DNA of 64,000 nucleotides from Leptogorgia sarmentosa (Eukaryota): NCBI GenBank assembly GCA_964658305.1, contig OZ210884.1, positions 744,001 to 808,000 of the forward strand, read 5' to 3'. Shown piece by piece: positions 25,401 to 36,156 of this stretch (position 1 is its first letter; each line of letters starts with the position of its first letter). The notes under the pieces were generated by a model. It saw only the letters and a program-made list of their open reading frames with translations, ran no database searches and was not told where the DNA came from. The position numbers and the translations under genes were made by a program.

Positions 25401-28400
25401 CAGTGCGATGTGACATGAACTAACGAGCCATCCGACACCGGGTCATGCAGTTTCACTTGAACTTTCACACGATTGCGGGTCCCCACCAGACTCGTTACTC
25501 GACATGAGCAAAATATCTTGTCTTAAAATGCCTATGTTCAAGTTTTGTTTCAAAAGAATTTTTTTCCGGCCAAAAAAGCGCGAGAAACACAGAGTATAGC
25601 TCTAACGCAATACAATTTACTAGTAGCTTCGCTAAACGTGTTACACTTGTGACGTCACAAGGTGACAAGATGGCGGCTGTTTTGTTCCCATCCGGTATCG
25701 AAGTTTGGAGGCGAAATTTAGTTACTTCCACTCAACGTACAAAAGTCATCTATACACCAAATTTCATCTTTTGACCTGAATATTTATTAAGGCAAAATTC
25801 GTTGTAATAACACTTTAATCAGGAAACTTTTAATTACCTTCTGCTTGTATCAAATGCGTTAAGCGTAAACGGTAGATAATAAGAAAGTTTAAAAACATTC
25901 CTGTTCATCTTGTTAATAATTCAAATTCAGTTTTATCGGCTAAATATGTAGTTCTATTTATGTAGTTGTAATTATGTTTAGACAGAAACGTTTAGTTTCC
26001 TGCTAGTCTGTATCTCATAAACTTGTTTCAATGATATTTTAACTTAATATCCTCCGTTAAGACTAAACTTCTTTGATACAAGCGGCCCTGTCTTCCAATT
26101 ACCCCTATTCCGTTCTTACCTGAACTCTAAACTATTTTGTATATTTCCGTTCTTACCTGAACTCTAAACTATTTTGTATATTTATGTATTAGGCTGCAAT
26201 ATGTTGGCCAACGCTGTCAGATTTATATCAAGCAAATCAAAATGGCGTTGAATGAAAAGTCGGGGAAAGACGAGGAGTATAAAGTTAGAGTGATAGCTTT
26301 GCGAACAACGTCTAATATTCATACTTTAATAAAGGTAAATGGTTTACTGTCGGTCAATGGTTCGCTATATCAACACAGCAGAATTGGTGGTTTTGATGTC
26401 AAGCCCGGCAACCATCACGCCATGTTGTGCTTTGAATAAGCCCTTAACTCCTTAAAATATCCAAAATGGCCGGCTTGGTTTCACCTCAAACATGTTTGAT
26501 TGGAATAAGATTCGGGAACCGTGATTTATTCTTAGAACATACAAGATTACGCAGTATACTGATTACTGTATAATATTATGTATAACGTTCCTTACACTAC
26601 GCGGTCTGTTGCCATAACAATCTTGCTACTGTATCTTGCGTAGTCTGTTTTTCATGGCAATTTTTTGGAAATGCTGCGAGTAACATTAGACTGAGACCAA
26701 AGGTTTGAAAAGGTTTCTAAAAAGCCGTCTTATAATAATTATGTATGTAGGCTTGTAATATACTGAAGTTGTTCCATTTTGTTTCAGGATCTTTTTCACT
26801 CCCCACCTTCCTATAATAACCACGTCTCTCTTTCATGGATTACTACAAAAAGCAAGGTAACTTCCGTGTACAGTTATTATTGTCTATGGGCTTGTATAGA
26901 TATACGCTTATTATTGTCAAGAATATCAACTGTTTTCTAGCATTAGTAACTTACTGATGGACAGTGAGGGTTGTATGGGAAAATATCAAACGGAGTTCTT
27001 GCACTCAAGTTTGACATTCCCTGTTAAACCGTGAAAATGCTGATTGTTAATAAGCAGTAAACACTCTGTGTAACTCTCCCAATACAACCAAGAAACAAAA
27101 AGTTTTAAACATAGTTGCATTCCGCAAAGCAAGGAAATTTGGTAAAAAATATTCAAGTTTATCTGCCTTGCAACTTTCAAATTTCAAGTACTAATTTCCT
27201 TTTTTGGATTTAGACTTTGATGTTAAAAAATTATGGTCTTCGTACCAAAGTGAAGAGGGGCAATGAAACTTCTGTATATAATCTACTCCATTCCTGACCA
27301 CCAGGAGGAATCGATGGGGGGGGGAGCAAAATTTTAGGTAGTTGAGTCGGGGGCCTGAGACAAGTTGCGCCCTGCCTCCTCCCCTCTGCGGGCCTGCTAC
27401 TTTGCGTATTCCATTATCATGAGGTTGATATCTAACGATATTTACGTCGACGTTGGCGAATAACTGTTATTTAACTATTTCTCCCCTAGCAGCCTCCTGC
27501 GATTAGCAATCAGAAACAGGTCGTAAAAACGGATCCCGTTCATGTTGTAAGCACTGATCCCGTTCTTGATGAAAAGTAAGTGCGCTTAATAGTCACTCTT
27601 ATAAGGCCCGTTAACACGAGCGATTTCTTGTGCGATTTTCTCCTTTTCACGAATGTGAACGAGTAAACCAGTCACAAATGTTGAGGTGAGAAAGCACGCA
27701 CGCAGCGCATTCGCCATTAATCCACTCGTTCACATCTATCAAAAGGAGAAAATCGCACAGGAAATCGGTCGTGTGAACGGGCTTGCCTTAAGCATAGACA
27801 ATCAGAGGGATGGACTGGAAAACGCAGGCTTAAACTGCACGACATCTATGATACGCTTTATTTCGAACCCTGTAACTTCACTCCAGATCCACCTCAGGAC
27901 TTGGAACTGACCTTTTTTAACAAGAATGGCAATATGTATTTCTATTATCGAATTTTCAAACTTTTGCAAGGAGAAACAAGACGAAAAATTACCATCGAAT
28001 GTTTTCATAGAACGTTTTTTAACATCAACAATGGCGATATTGCTGTAACGCAAGAATTAAATGTCGGTTTAAGCTTTGGTATAACCAAAAGAAGATTTAA
28101 AAGTTGATAGTGGATATTAAAACATGTAAATCCTTTGAGTATCTCTCAAGCTTCATGGCCAGTCCCTATGATCATGAAAATGTGCAGAAGAAAGAGGTTG
28201 AGCCGATGGAAAGTTTCTAATTTATTTTTCTTTTATATCATTAAAGACGTAAACGAGCCGGGATCACCCCAATCACATTTGACGCCGGTTCACCGCCAAA
28301 GAAACAAGCAACTGACAAGAAAACACGAATGGAGTATTATCTCCCGCCTGGCAAACGAGGTGACGCAAGTAATGGCAGCGTTGAGGGAAAGTCGATGCCT

Positions 28401-28493
28401 TACCGATATAATCGTGGAGGGAATAACAGGGGATTTCGTGGACGTCGAGGACGAGGGCGTTCAAAAGGGAACAATCGTGGATGGAGATGGTAA
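16433..28493 (+). CDS. API5: Apoptosis inhibitor 5 (~560 aa, 14 exons)
   Basis: Exons: 16433-16501, 17499-17660, 18905-19004, 20667-20732, 20959-21116, 21526-21660, 21943-22008, 23011-23205, 24158-24286, 24758-24816, 26193-26334, 26788-26856, 27490-27575, 28247-28493. All are phase-compatible GT-AG. Motifs include VEHLYKSFGVLADA, EKRLGATFIPRFFKYFP, LDLCEDED..IRRLAIK, DVTGDEF, YMPLP, FSFVECLMYSFHQ, DFKLRLQY, DLFHSPPSY..LSW and an RGG-rich tail. Confidence 0.95.
18141..18506. mobile_element. Non-autonomous DNA transposon with a 5-bp TSD (hAT5- or Transib-like)
   Basis: 15-bp TIR cagcccttgaaattc / gaatttcaagggctg. 'accag' is duplicated at 18136-18140 and 18507-18511. Subterminal cacg(t/a)cggcaa repeats are present. 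Confidence 0.85.
19126..19215 (+). ncRNA. Candidate intronic box C/D snoRNA in API5 intron 3
   Basis: Box C GTGATGA (19133-19139) and box D CTGA (19206-19209) are closed by a perfect 6-bp terminal stem ttggtt/aaccaa with canonical spacing. It is ~85 nt long and sense to the host gene. Confidence 0.5.
23560..23759. mobile_element. Harbinger-like MITE (copy 2) nested in an older repeat
   Basis: TAA at 23557-23559 and 23760-23762. The flanks (~23390-23825) rejoin into a repeat family also seen at ~39900-40080, ~45440-45745 and ~47765-47970. Confidence 0.85.
24506..24693. mobile_element. MITE
   Basis: tcgtagcgcgttgcatcatggtttt ... aaaaccataatgcaacgcgctacga form inverted arms. Confidence 0.7.
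25176..25814 (-). mobile_element. Kolobok-like non-autonomous element with a coding remnant
   Basis: TIR agtgttactacaacgaattt / aaattcgttgtaataacact, followed by TTAA at the right (the left target copy is degenerate). It contains an internal minus-strand remnant AYDDEPIAEPG..EDPDGLLPATLEQR. Confidence 0.65.
27604..27783. mobile_element. Harbinger-like MITE family (aggcccgttcacacgagcg ends); other copies at ~39378-39546, ~41671-41853, ~42956-43080 and ~62510-62670
   Basis: Copies share gcgattttctccttttga...gtgaacgagt...aaaaggagaaaatcgca...cgtgtgaacgggc. Confidence 0.8.
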
Positions 28494-29425
28494 CAGACGC
28501 CGTTACTAGCTGCCGCAAGCTTCCTATATATATACATACATAGGTTGACGACGTTCTGATATTCTAAGCGAATGTATAGCTGAGTATGACCGTATGGGAA
28601 TAAAAACCAGTTCTTTCAAGGTGTTCTTGCAATTTACACGGATGAGAAAATTGCTTGTTATCTTTTGAACATTTTTACGAAAGTGATGTGGAAAAACTTT
28701 GGTTGAGCATAGTTCATGACTGGATGTAAAAGTATCAGTTTGTGATTTTTCATATTTTACACATATTGAAGGAATTATATTGCAATGTTTTTATTGAGTC
28801 TTCTTAGCGATTTTTTTCTGTCTGCCTGTCATGAATTATTTTGCCCATTTTTACACTGTTAAAACAACTGTGACATGAATTGAAAATTTGGATCATCGTA
28901 CCCTCCCACACTTTTCATCAGATTTAGAAAACTGTAAAAAATTGTATCAAAATAACTGGGGGGGGCTCGTCCCCCTCCATTCCCCTCCCTGGCGACCCCA
29001 GGGTTTCGACTGTACTTCAAAGGTCTACTTTATTATACATCCTATGAAAAACATTCAGAAGAGTAGCTTAAGGTACGCTTTAATTCTACCACAAGCCTTG
29101 CCTGATTTTCAGTGCAACTGATCGGATGAGCAAATGGGCATGTCTTGATGAGCAAGTGAGCACCCGCTCGTACGCACAGAAAAACAAAACAGAGCCCTCA
29201 AGACATCTTGGGGGGGAGGGGGTTGACCAGTATGGGATAAAATATTGAGGTCTTCTCCCATCGGCGTGACTACAAATTCAAAACCATCACAGGTTTCCCA
29301 TATAGGAAAGCAATCTCCTTTGTCAAACGCATAAATAACTTCCCTGTTTCCTCCTCATTCAGGTCATTCATTATGGGTACAACTCGGGCTCCTGATTGCA
29401 AATATTTGACATCAGACCCAGCAAC

Positions 29426-29794
29426 CAATCTCGTACCCTGAGCCTGCGATCTTCGTTTGGAAGAATCGAAGGCTCTGGGATAATCCATGAATTTGCGCGA
29501 ATCTGATTGGCTGTTGAGACGTTATTTCGCAATAATAAACAACAATGGCGGTCGAAATAGGAGTGTGATAAGAAGTTTTGACACTGTTGCAATTAAATGC
29601 AATACAATATACAATCGACAAAAGCTTCAAAACCTATACAAAGCCATTTGGAAAGAGTTTATTATTCACTAAATGTTCAAAGACATTTAACGCATGCGCA
29701 TTTGGGTCGACGTACAGAAATCTGCCCTCGCCCCATGATTATCGCAGAGCCTTCGATTCTTCCCCGAAGATCGCAGGCTCAGGGTACGAGATTG
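29426..29794. mobile_element. MITE with ~55-bp TIRs and a 10-bp TSD (Mutator/MULE-like)
   Basis: TIR caatctcgtaccctgagcctgcgatcttcg... / ...cgaagatcgcaggctcagggtacgagattg. acccagcaac is duplicated at 29416-29425 and 29795-29804. A solo end occurs at ~53880-53921. Confidence 0.9.
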
Positions 29795-31000
29795 ACCCAG
29801 CAACATACGACTTACTAGACCCAGTCCTGTACTCGACTTGGAAGTAATGCTAATTAGCATTACATTCTTAGTTTTAGGGTTGTGTGTTTTTCTTCAGTTT
29901 GCTCACATATTGAGCAAGCGCAAGAATTTGTACGAGCCCTTCAAAAATATATGTGTTAGTATAAATTAGTTTGTAAACCTGTCTTTTATGGTGGAGAGTA
30001 CATCACTTGTGGTCAGTGGCAGAAATTCAATTTTCAAAAACTTGAAAATTTCCGAGAAATTGGCGAAGTGCGCCCCTGCCAGTGTTTGAGTGAGTGCGCC
30101 CCGGTAAAATAAAATAAAGGTGTGTCATAAACACAACAGAAATTTTGGCGAGAATAAAATTTGTTATGATTGATTACACTGATTGATTATATATATATAG
30201 CTGGTCTTGCGATCATTATTCATTGTAACGGTTGAACATTTTGGCTTGAGATCAATCGAAAGCGTAGCATACTAGTCTAGTATTGATACGACACAGGTGC
30301 AAAAATAGAATTTATTTATATCAATGATGTCAACAACAATACTATTTTATTACATTTTAGTACTAATTGAATATGAATTATCTTGCATGGTACTTTACGC
30401 TGTAACTTGCCAATTACTTGCCAGAAAGTAAAGTTTTCTGTAAAAAGAGGAAATACAAATGTAAATAAAAATACGTGACTGGGTCAAACGAAATTAGGTA
30501 GTATATAATATTAAAACACTTTTAGCCCTGGGTCCCAGTCCAAGTTTTCAAGACTGTTTTTGTCAACCGTGTTCAGTTGAAATTCGCAAAAAACGGTAAT
30601 TTCTATACCCATGGAACAAAACTCCAATACAAATTAGAACTAAATTTTAATTAAAATATGTTGTAAATTTTTCTGAGAACGAATTACATGAAGAGCAAAT
30701 TGTTGTAAATACGTTTACAGCACCTTGTACATTGAGTCTTGGGGTATTATTAATCTTGTGTGCCGATGTGTAGAAGAACTTGGTGAGTTGTATTTTAATG
30801 TACGCATATCAATTTGAGGATTAACCATGTCAAAATACTACAATACGTCGTATTTGAATTTGAAAGGATCACCTTTTTATACACCCTGTATCATGATATT
30901 GTAATTATCATGATATTGTAATTATCATGCATTCAATGCATTGATGTTAATTATGATCATTTCAGTTCCCTGTAATGTATGATATCAATGATACTATATG

Positions 31001-31324
31001 TCATATAGCTAAACCTCTTACTTTGCTGCCATGACATTTTCCATCAGCTTTAAGTCCTCCACCCTGTTTGATGATAGCGGGGTCCTTGATGCATTTCAGA
31101 CCACAGTCACACACGCCTCCTATGTTCCACAGTCCTCCACACTCCTCTCCAATCAACTTGGCACAAGTCGCACAACATCCACATTGGATGGGGTCCCGAA
31201 CCAGCCCACCTTTGCAATTCATTTCGTGTAACGGACGACATTTGATTTCGGTACATGGCGCACATTTGAGGGCTTCAGTGATTGTGGCTGAAATTACCAA
31301 AACAATGACGAGGGAAATCTTCAT
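31001..31324 (-). CDS. Small secreted single IGFBP N-terminal-domain protein (SIBD/perlustrin-like, ~107 aa)
   Basis: Signal peptide [18 protein letters not shown], then the IGFBP signature CxxC...CGCCxxCAK..GEECGG...GVCxxGLKC...GKC. An acceptor AG lies at 31357-31358, just upstream of the ATG (31330 or 31324). The longer ORF start at 31417 is intronic. Confidence 0.85.
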   Translation of the reverse strand: MKISLVIVLVISATITEALKCAPCTEIKCRPLHEMNCKGGLVRDPIQCGCCATCAKLIGEECGGLWNIGGVCDCGLKCIKDPAIIKQGGGLKADGKCHGSKVRGLAI

Positions 31325-31644
31325 GATCATGTTTTCAAATACGGTTTTGAAGACTTCTAGGTATAAGGAATAGAATAATACAATTAAGAAAAAGGCCAAA
31401 AATATATAGCTAAGCATTCACAAATTCACGGTTTTGAATTTGTTGGCTATATGGCTATACTCGAGTTCACTTGTAGATGTGTAAAGATAGATCTCCGTCT
31501 CATTCTGGGGCTAGTCGTTCAAAGCTGCATGAATTAGCGCAAACGGCTCCGGGTTCAAAGTTTTGAGTTCAAAGTTTTTCCAGTTGAGAGTTTTTCTCTG
31601 AATTTCGAGAGAAAGCTGCATATATCTAACCAGCTTTTGAATAA

Positions 31645-31850
31645 CTACAATCTTGGAAAAAATATTCGTACACAGCTCCAAAAAGTAGAAGTTTTTGAAA
31701 TAAACTCAGTTAAATATTTTGAAATTCGTCCTTAGCGCCCCTCCACCCCCACAACGAAATTGGTTCAAGAGGAATGAATTTCAAATCGGAGGAGAGGAAT
31801 TTAAAAAATTTTTAAAAATTCTACTAATTTATTTCCATGCAAGATTGTAG
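31645..31850. mobile_element. MITE with ctacaatcttg/caagattgtag ends
   Basis: 11-bp inverted termini. The right end was the target of the adjacent hAT insertion. Confidence 0.6.
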
Positions 31851-32400
31851 CAGTGGCGGAAATTCAGGTGTGGCGAAGGGGCGACCGCCCCCCCCCTCCC
31901 CCCCCCCCCCCCACCTTCCGTAAAATCGGCAATTTGTCGGAAATTTTCGGTTCTGTCGGAATTTTGAAAGCAGTTGAATATACAGAAATTAGAAAAATTA
32001 CTGGAGCGTGAGGCAATTCATACGTAGACCTGATTATCTTTAGGCTATTTTCTAGTTATATGCTCGCTGTTCTCATAGTCATATGTTCCCTATTCCCTAT
32101 CGATATTTGAAGACCGGTAAATGACAAAATTTGTGGAATTTTGTGGAAAATAAAGGAATTTTCTGAAATAAAGGAATAAAGAAATAAAGGAAGAGCAGAA
32201 GAAAGAACCTATTTGTCTAATTGTCTGATATGTTGTGTTTGTAAATTTATTTTTGCCATTTCCGCACTTGTCCATGCATGTTTATCAAAAAAGAAAAAAG
32301 TATGAACAATCAAAACAAATTTGTCGGAAATTCGCGAAGCTCTGCCCCCCCTCCCCCCCCCCCCCGCACCCCCACCTCCTAAACTGAATTTCCGCCACTG
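31851..32400. mobile_element. Non-autonomous hAT element
   Basis: 17-bp TIR cagtggcggaaattcag / ctgaatttccgccactg. TSD gattgtag / gattgtgg (1 mismatch). Confidence 0.85.
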
Positions 32401-32594
32401 GATTGTGGGTTCGATATTCGACCAGTGTAGGTAGCTAGGTAGTGGATAACAACATCATTAACTCACTGCCTAAACGATACAAACAAGTTGGAAATTAGTG
32501 TGAATAAGTAGCCACGGAATTCACAGAATTATTGTTTTCAGTGAAAATAAACCACGAAGCTTTCAAACAAATCATCAAAGTGATGAGCATTTAC

Positions 32595-32716
32595 CTGGCA
32601 GAGTCTGTATCTTCTCTTTACTCTCTATCGTTCTTGCTTACTTTAGACTTTCTTGTCCTCTAGCTTCAGCGACGGGAGTGAACCTTTCGCTTGAGTTAGA
32701 TACCACAGTTTATATA
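32595..32716 (-). promoter_or_regulatory. Probable TATA box and non-coding exon 1 of the IGFBP-domain gene
   Basis: TATATAAA on the minus strand at 32716-32709, and a CAG|GTAAAT donor at 32595 that can splice to the acceptor at 31357. Confidence 0.55.
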
Positions 32717-33376
32717 CAAGCAGGGGGGAAATAACAATGAGTGCAAAGTGCTCTTTTTCACGCAACAGCACCAAGGTTACAGACAAGAGGAAGCTAATCA
32801 AACCAACATGAACTACGTCGTCTTATGTTTTTGGCGTCACATTGACAGAGGAAGGAAGCTGAATATGAATAATGTTCAAGCTAGAATGAATATAGCTACA
32901 TGCAAGCTAGGGGAAATAACAATGAGTGCGAAATGCTTTTCTTCACGCTTGTAAACGCTGCGTTAGGTTACAACGGAATAAGATCGAAAACAAGTGAAGT
33001 ACCTCATCTTATGTCTTTAGCGTCACATTGACAGAGGAAGGAAACTGAATATAAATAATGTTCAAGCTAGAAGAAATATACAAGCTAGGGGAAATAACAA
33101 TGAGTGTGAAATGCTTTCTTCACGCTTGTAAACGCTGCGTTAGGTTACAACGGAATAAGATCGAAAACAAGTTAAGTACGTCATCTTAATAACTTATGTC
33201 TTTAGCGTCACATTGACAGAGGAAGGAAGCTGAATATAAATAATGTTCAATTGCAAGCTAGAATAAATATACAAGCTAGGGGGAAATAACAATGAGTGTG
33301 AAATGCTTTTCTTCACGCTTGTAAACGCTGCGTCTAAAACAAGTGAAGTACATCATCTCATGATCTTAGCGTCACT
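32712..33376. repeat. ~180-190-bp tandem repeat, ~3.5 copies
   Basis: caagc(t)aggggaaataacaatgagtg recurs at ~32717, ~32903, ~33081 and ~33272, with matching internal sequence. Confidence 0.92.
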
Positions 33377-34389
33377 TTTCGTGCAAGGCGTCTTTGTTGG
33401 GTACACAGAAGGATGCAGGATACGTAATGTAAAGAACTATTTGATCTTTTAAAATTTGCTCTTAAAATATTGCCATAACCCAGTCATGTTAAATTATCCT
33501 TTAGAACAATATTGATTAGATCAAGTGAGTTGGCCCCGTCCACCGAGACGTATCGTTTGTCTCCCCCACACATTTTATTTTTATTGCGTCTACCGTTGCT
33601 GAACAAATTTACTTGTTGATAATATGAACTATACTGGCAGCAAAACATTGTTCAATGCTGTTCTCAACAATATTACAACAAGTTGGTCATTTTTTGCTGT
33701 ATTTTTTTGTGAGCAAACTCAAAGAACAAACTTAACCCCACTCATCCAGTATATGAGACATCAAAAATGGCATGTCCGACGATATCTCAAATTCTCAAAA
33801 TTTTCTCGCTCAGCGCCAACCCAATCTCTTGCGTTTGTTTATGTCACTGATCCTCCCCCCTCTCCCCCCCCCCCCCAACTTCAAATTTTATGTAGCTTTT
33901 CTCAGTTGCGAATATCAAACTTACAGGATTTAGAGCAGTTTACATCAATTGTGAAAGACAGGTGTAAGTGTATTTGTAAATAGTCGCGCAAGAGACTGTA
34001 ACACCCCTTCAACTGGGATGTTAAAAAAATAGGCACTGTGACAGTGCGTAAGGATTTGCGATATTACCGACAGCCCATAGTATTGAAAACTCGCTATGCG
34101 CTTTTCCAATTTTTTAAAAATAATATATAGCCCAGGAAATAAAACATATTTTATATATACAGCCCAGGAAAGAAAACATATTTCATTATTCATATGCCCA
34201 TATATCGTCAAAAGTAATGGCGCTACCGACATATCACGAGATTTGGAGTAGTCGGAACTGATCGCCATTCTATTGTTACGCATACGCACTTACACTACCC
34301 ACTACCTGATGACATAAAAGATTTTGCTTCGCAAATCCTTAAAAACGTACGGTTTGAATAAATTATTCTTATTACTAAAAGCACGCAAC

Positions 34390-34563
34390 CAGGGCCGTCG
34401 CTAGAACGTTAATTGGGGGGGTGCATATTCATATTTTGGCGTTCTGCCGACTGATTTCTTTAGAAATTAATTCATAAACAACTGATTTCAAAAGAAATCA
34501 GTCGGCAGAACGCCAAAATATGAATATGCACCCCCCCCAATTAACGTTCTAGCGACGGCCCTG
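34390..34563. mobile_element. Young, almost wholly palindromic hAT MITE
   Basis: ~72-bp arms differ only by one base in a G/C run. The 8-bp TSD cacgcaac is perfect (34382-34389, 34564-34571). Confidence 0.93.
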
Positions 34564-35280
34564 CACGCAACTTTAAGTCCTTAAGCTCCTCTTACACAAC
34601 CAAATTTTCTGTGACAAATCTCATCTGCCAAATGTTCTTTGGCTGTGCATATTATCGATTTATAACAAATATTTATTTAAGAATGCGAAGGAAGCGGTGA
34701 AGAGCCACCTTAATCGTTCTACTTGTGGCGTATGGCAATTTTCACCTGTTGGGAAGGATCATTTTTGGAAGGAATAAATAAAGATTTTGGCAATAGAAAA
34801 CTACATATCAGGTAAATTCTTCTATTTTAATCACGGATTTTTTTGGATGACGCACTGAAATCTATCTTCGTCATAAATTTTGTGGAATATAGAAGTTGGA
34901 CGCTCTGTTCAGTTCATATGCATATATGTTGCAATAGGACAATTCTCAAGAATTTTCTCATTTGTATTAAATTTGGAAAGAATTTTACTATTTTTTTAAG
35001 TTCCTAATTTAAAGACTATCAACATGAAATAATGAATCAATGAAATAACTGATAATAATAAAGAATTCGATGTTAACATCTACGTGAATGTATTGATTGT
35101 TGATAAATTAACTGGTGTTGTGACCTGTCAGTCATATTCACTGATTCATATGTCTTTTAGCAAATGAACCAGGTTGTTAAGGGCAATTTGTTCCTGGCAA
35201 AATAGGTTGTGAGCCTAAGATGTGAGCTTGACTATAAATGGTGCAAAATAAATGGCTCCTCAGTTAACATGTGTCTTGAA

Positions 35281-36156
35281 TAACCAACTCAGCCCACTAA
35301 CCAACTCAGCCCACTAACCAACTCAGCCCACTAACCAACTCAGTCCACTAACCAACTCGGCCCACTAACCAACTCGGCCCACTAACCAACTCAGCCCACT
35401 AACCAACTCAGCCCACTAACCAACTCAGCCCACTAACCAACTCAGCCCACTAACCAACTCAGCCCACTAACCAACTCAGCCCATTAACCAACTCAGCCCA
35501 CCAACCAACTCAGCCCACTAACCAACTCAGTCCACTAACCAACTCAGCCCACTAACCAACTCAGTCCACTAACCAACTCAGCCCACTAACCAACTCGGCC
35601 CACTAACCAACTCAGTCCACTAACCAACTCAGCCCACTAACCAACTCAGCCCACTAACCAACTCAGTCCACTAACCAACTCAGCCCACTAACCAACTCGG
35701 CCCACTAACCAACTCAGTCCACTAACCAACTCAGCCCACTAACCAACTCAGCCCACTAACCAACTCAGTCCACTAACCAACTCAGCCCACTAACCAACTC
35801 AGCCCACTAACCAACTCAGCCCACTAACCAACTCAGTCCACTAACCAACTCAGCCCACTAACCAACTCAGCCCACTAACCAACTCAGTCCACTAACCAAC
35901 TCAGCCCACCAACCAACTCAGCCCACTAGCCAACTCAGCCCACTAACCAACTCAGCCCACTAACCAACTCAGCCCACCAACCAACTCAGCCTACTAACCA
36001 ACTCAGCCCACTAACCAACTCAGCCCACTAACCAACTCAGTCCACTAATCAACTCAGCCCACTAACCAACTCAGCCCACTAACCAACTCAGCCCACTAAC
36101 CAACTCAGCCCACTAACCAACTCAGTCCACTAACCAACTCAGCCCACCAACCAACT
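35281..36156. repeat. 17-bp minisatellite (TAACCAACTCAGCCCAC)n, ~51 copies
   Basis: Directly visible head-to-tail array with few variants (agtcc, ggccc). Confidence 0.98.

Noticed and set aside
28135..28509. 124-aa ORF at the end of API5
   Set aside because: It is an alternative frame over the terminal exon. Splice phase from exon 13 selects the KRKR...RGG frame ending at 28493.
32712..33376. CRISPR-like repeat-spacer pattern
   Set aside because: The sequence between the conserved motifs is also repeated, so it is a plain tandem duplication.
35281..36156. CRISPR array or interstitial telomere
   Set aside because: The units are contiguous with no unique spacers, there are no cas genes, and the context is eukaryotic. 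The unit contains CTAACC but is not (TTAGGG)n.
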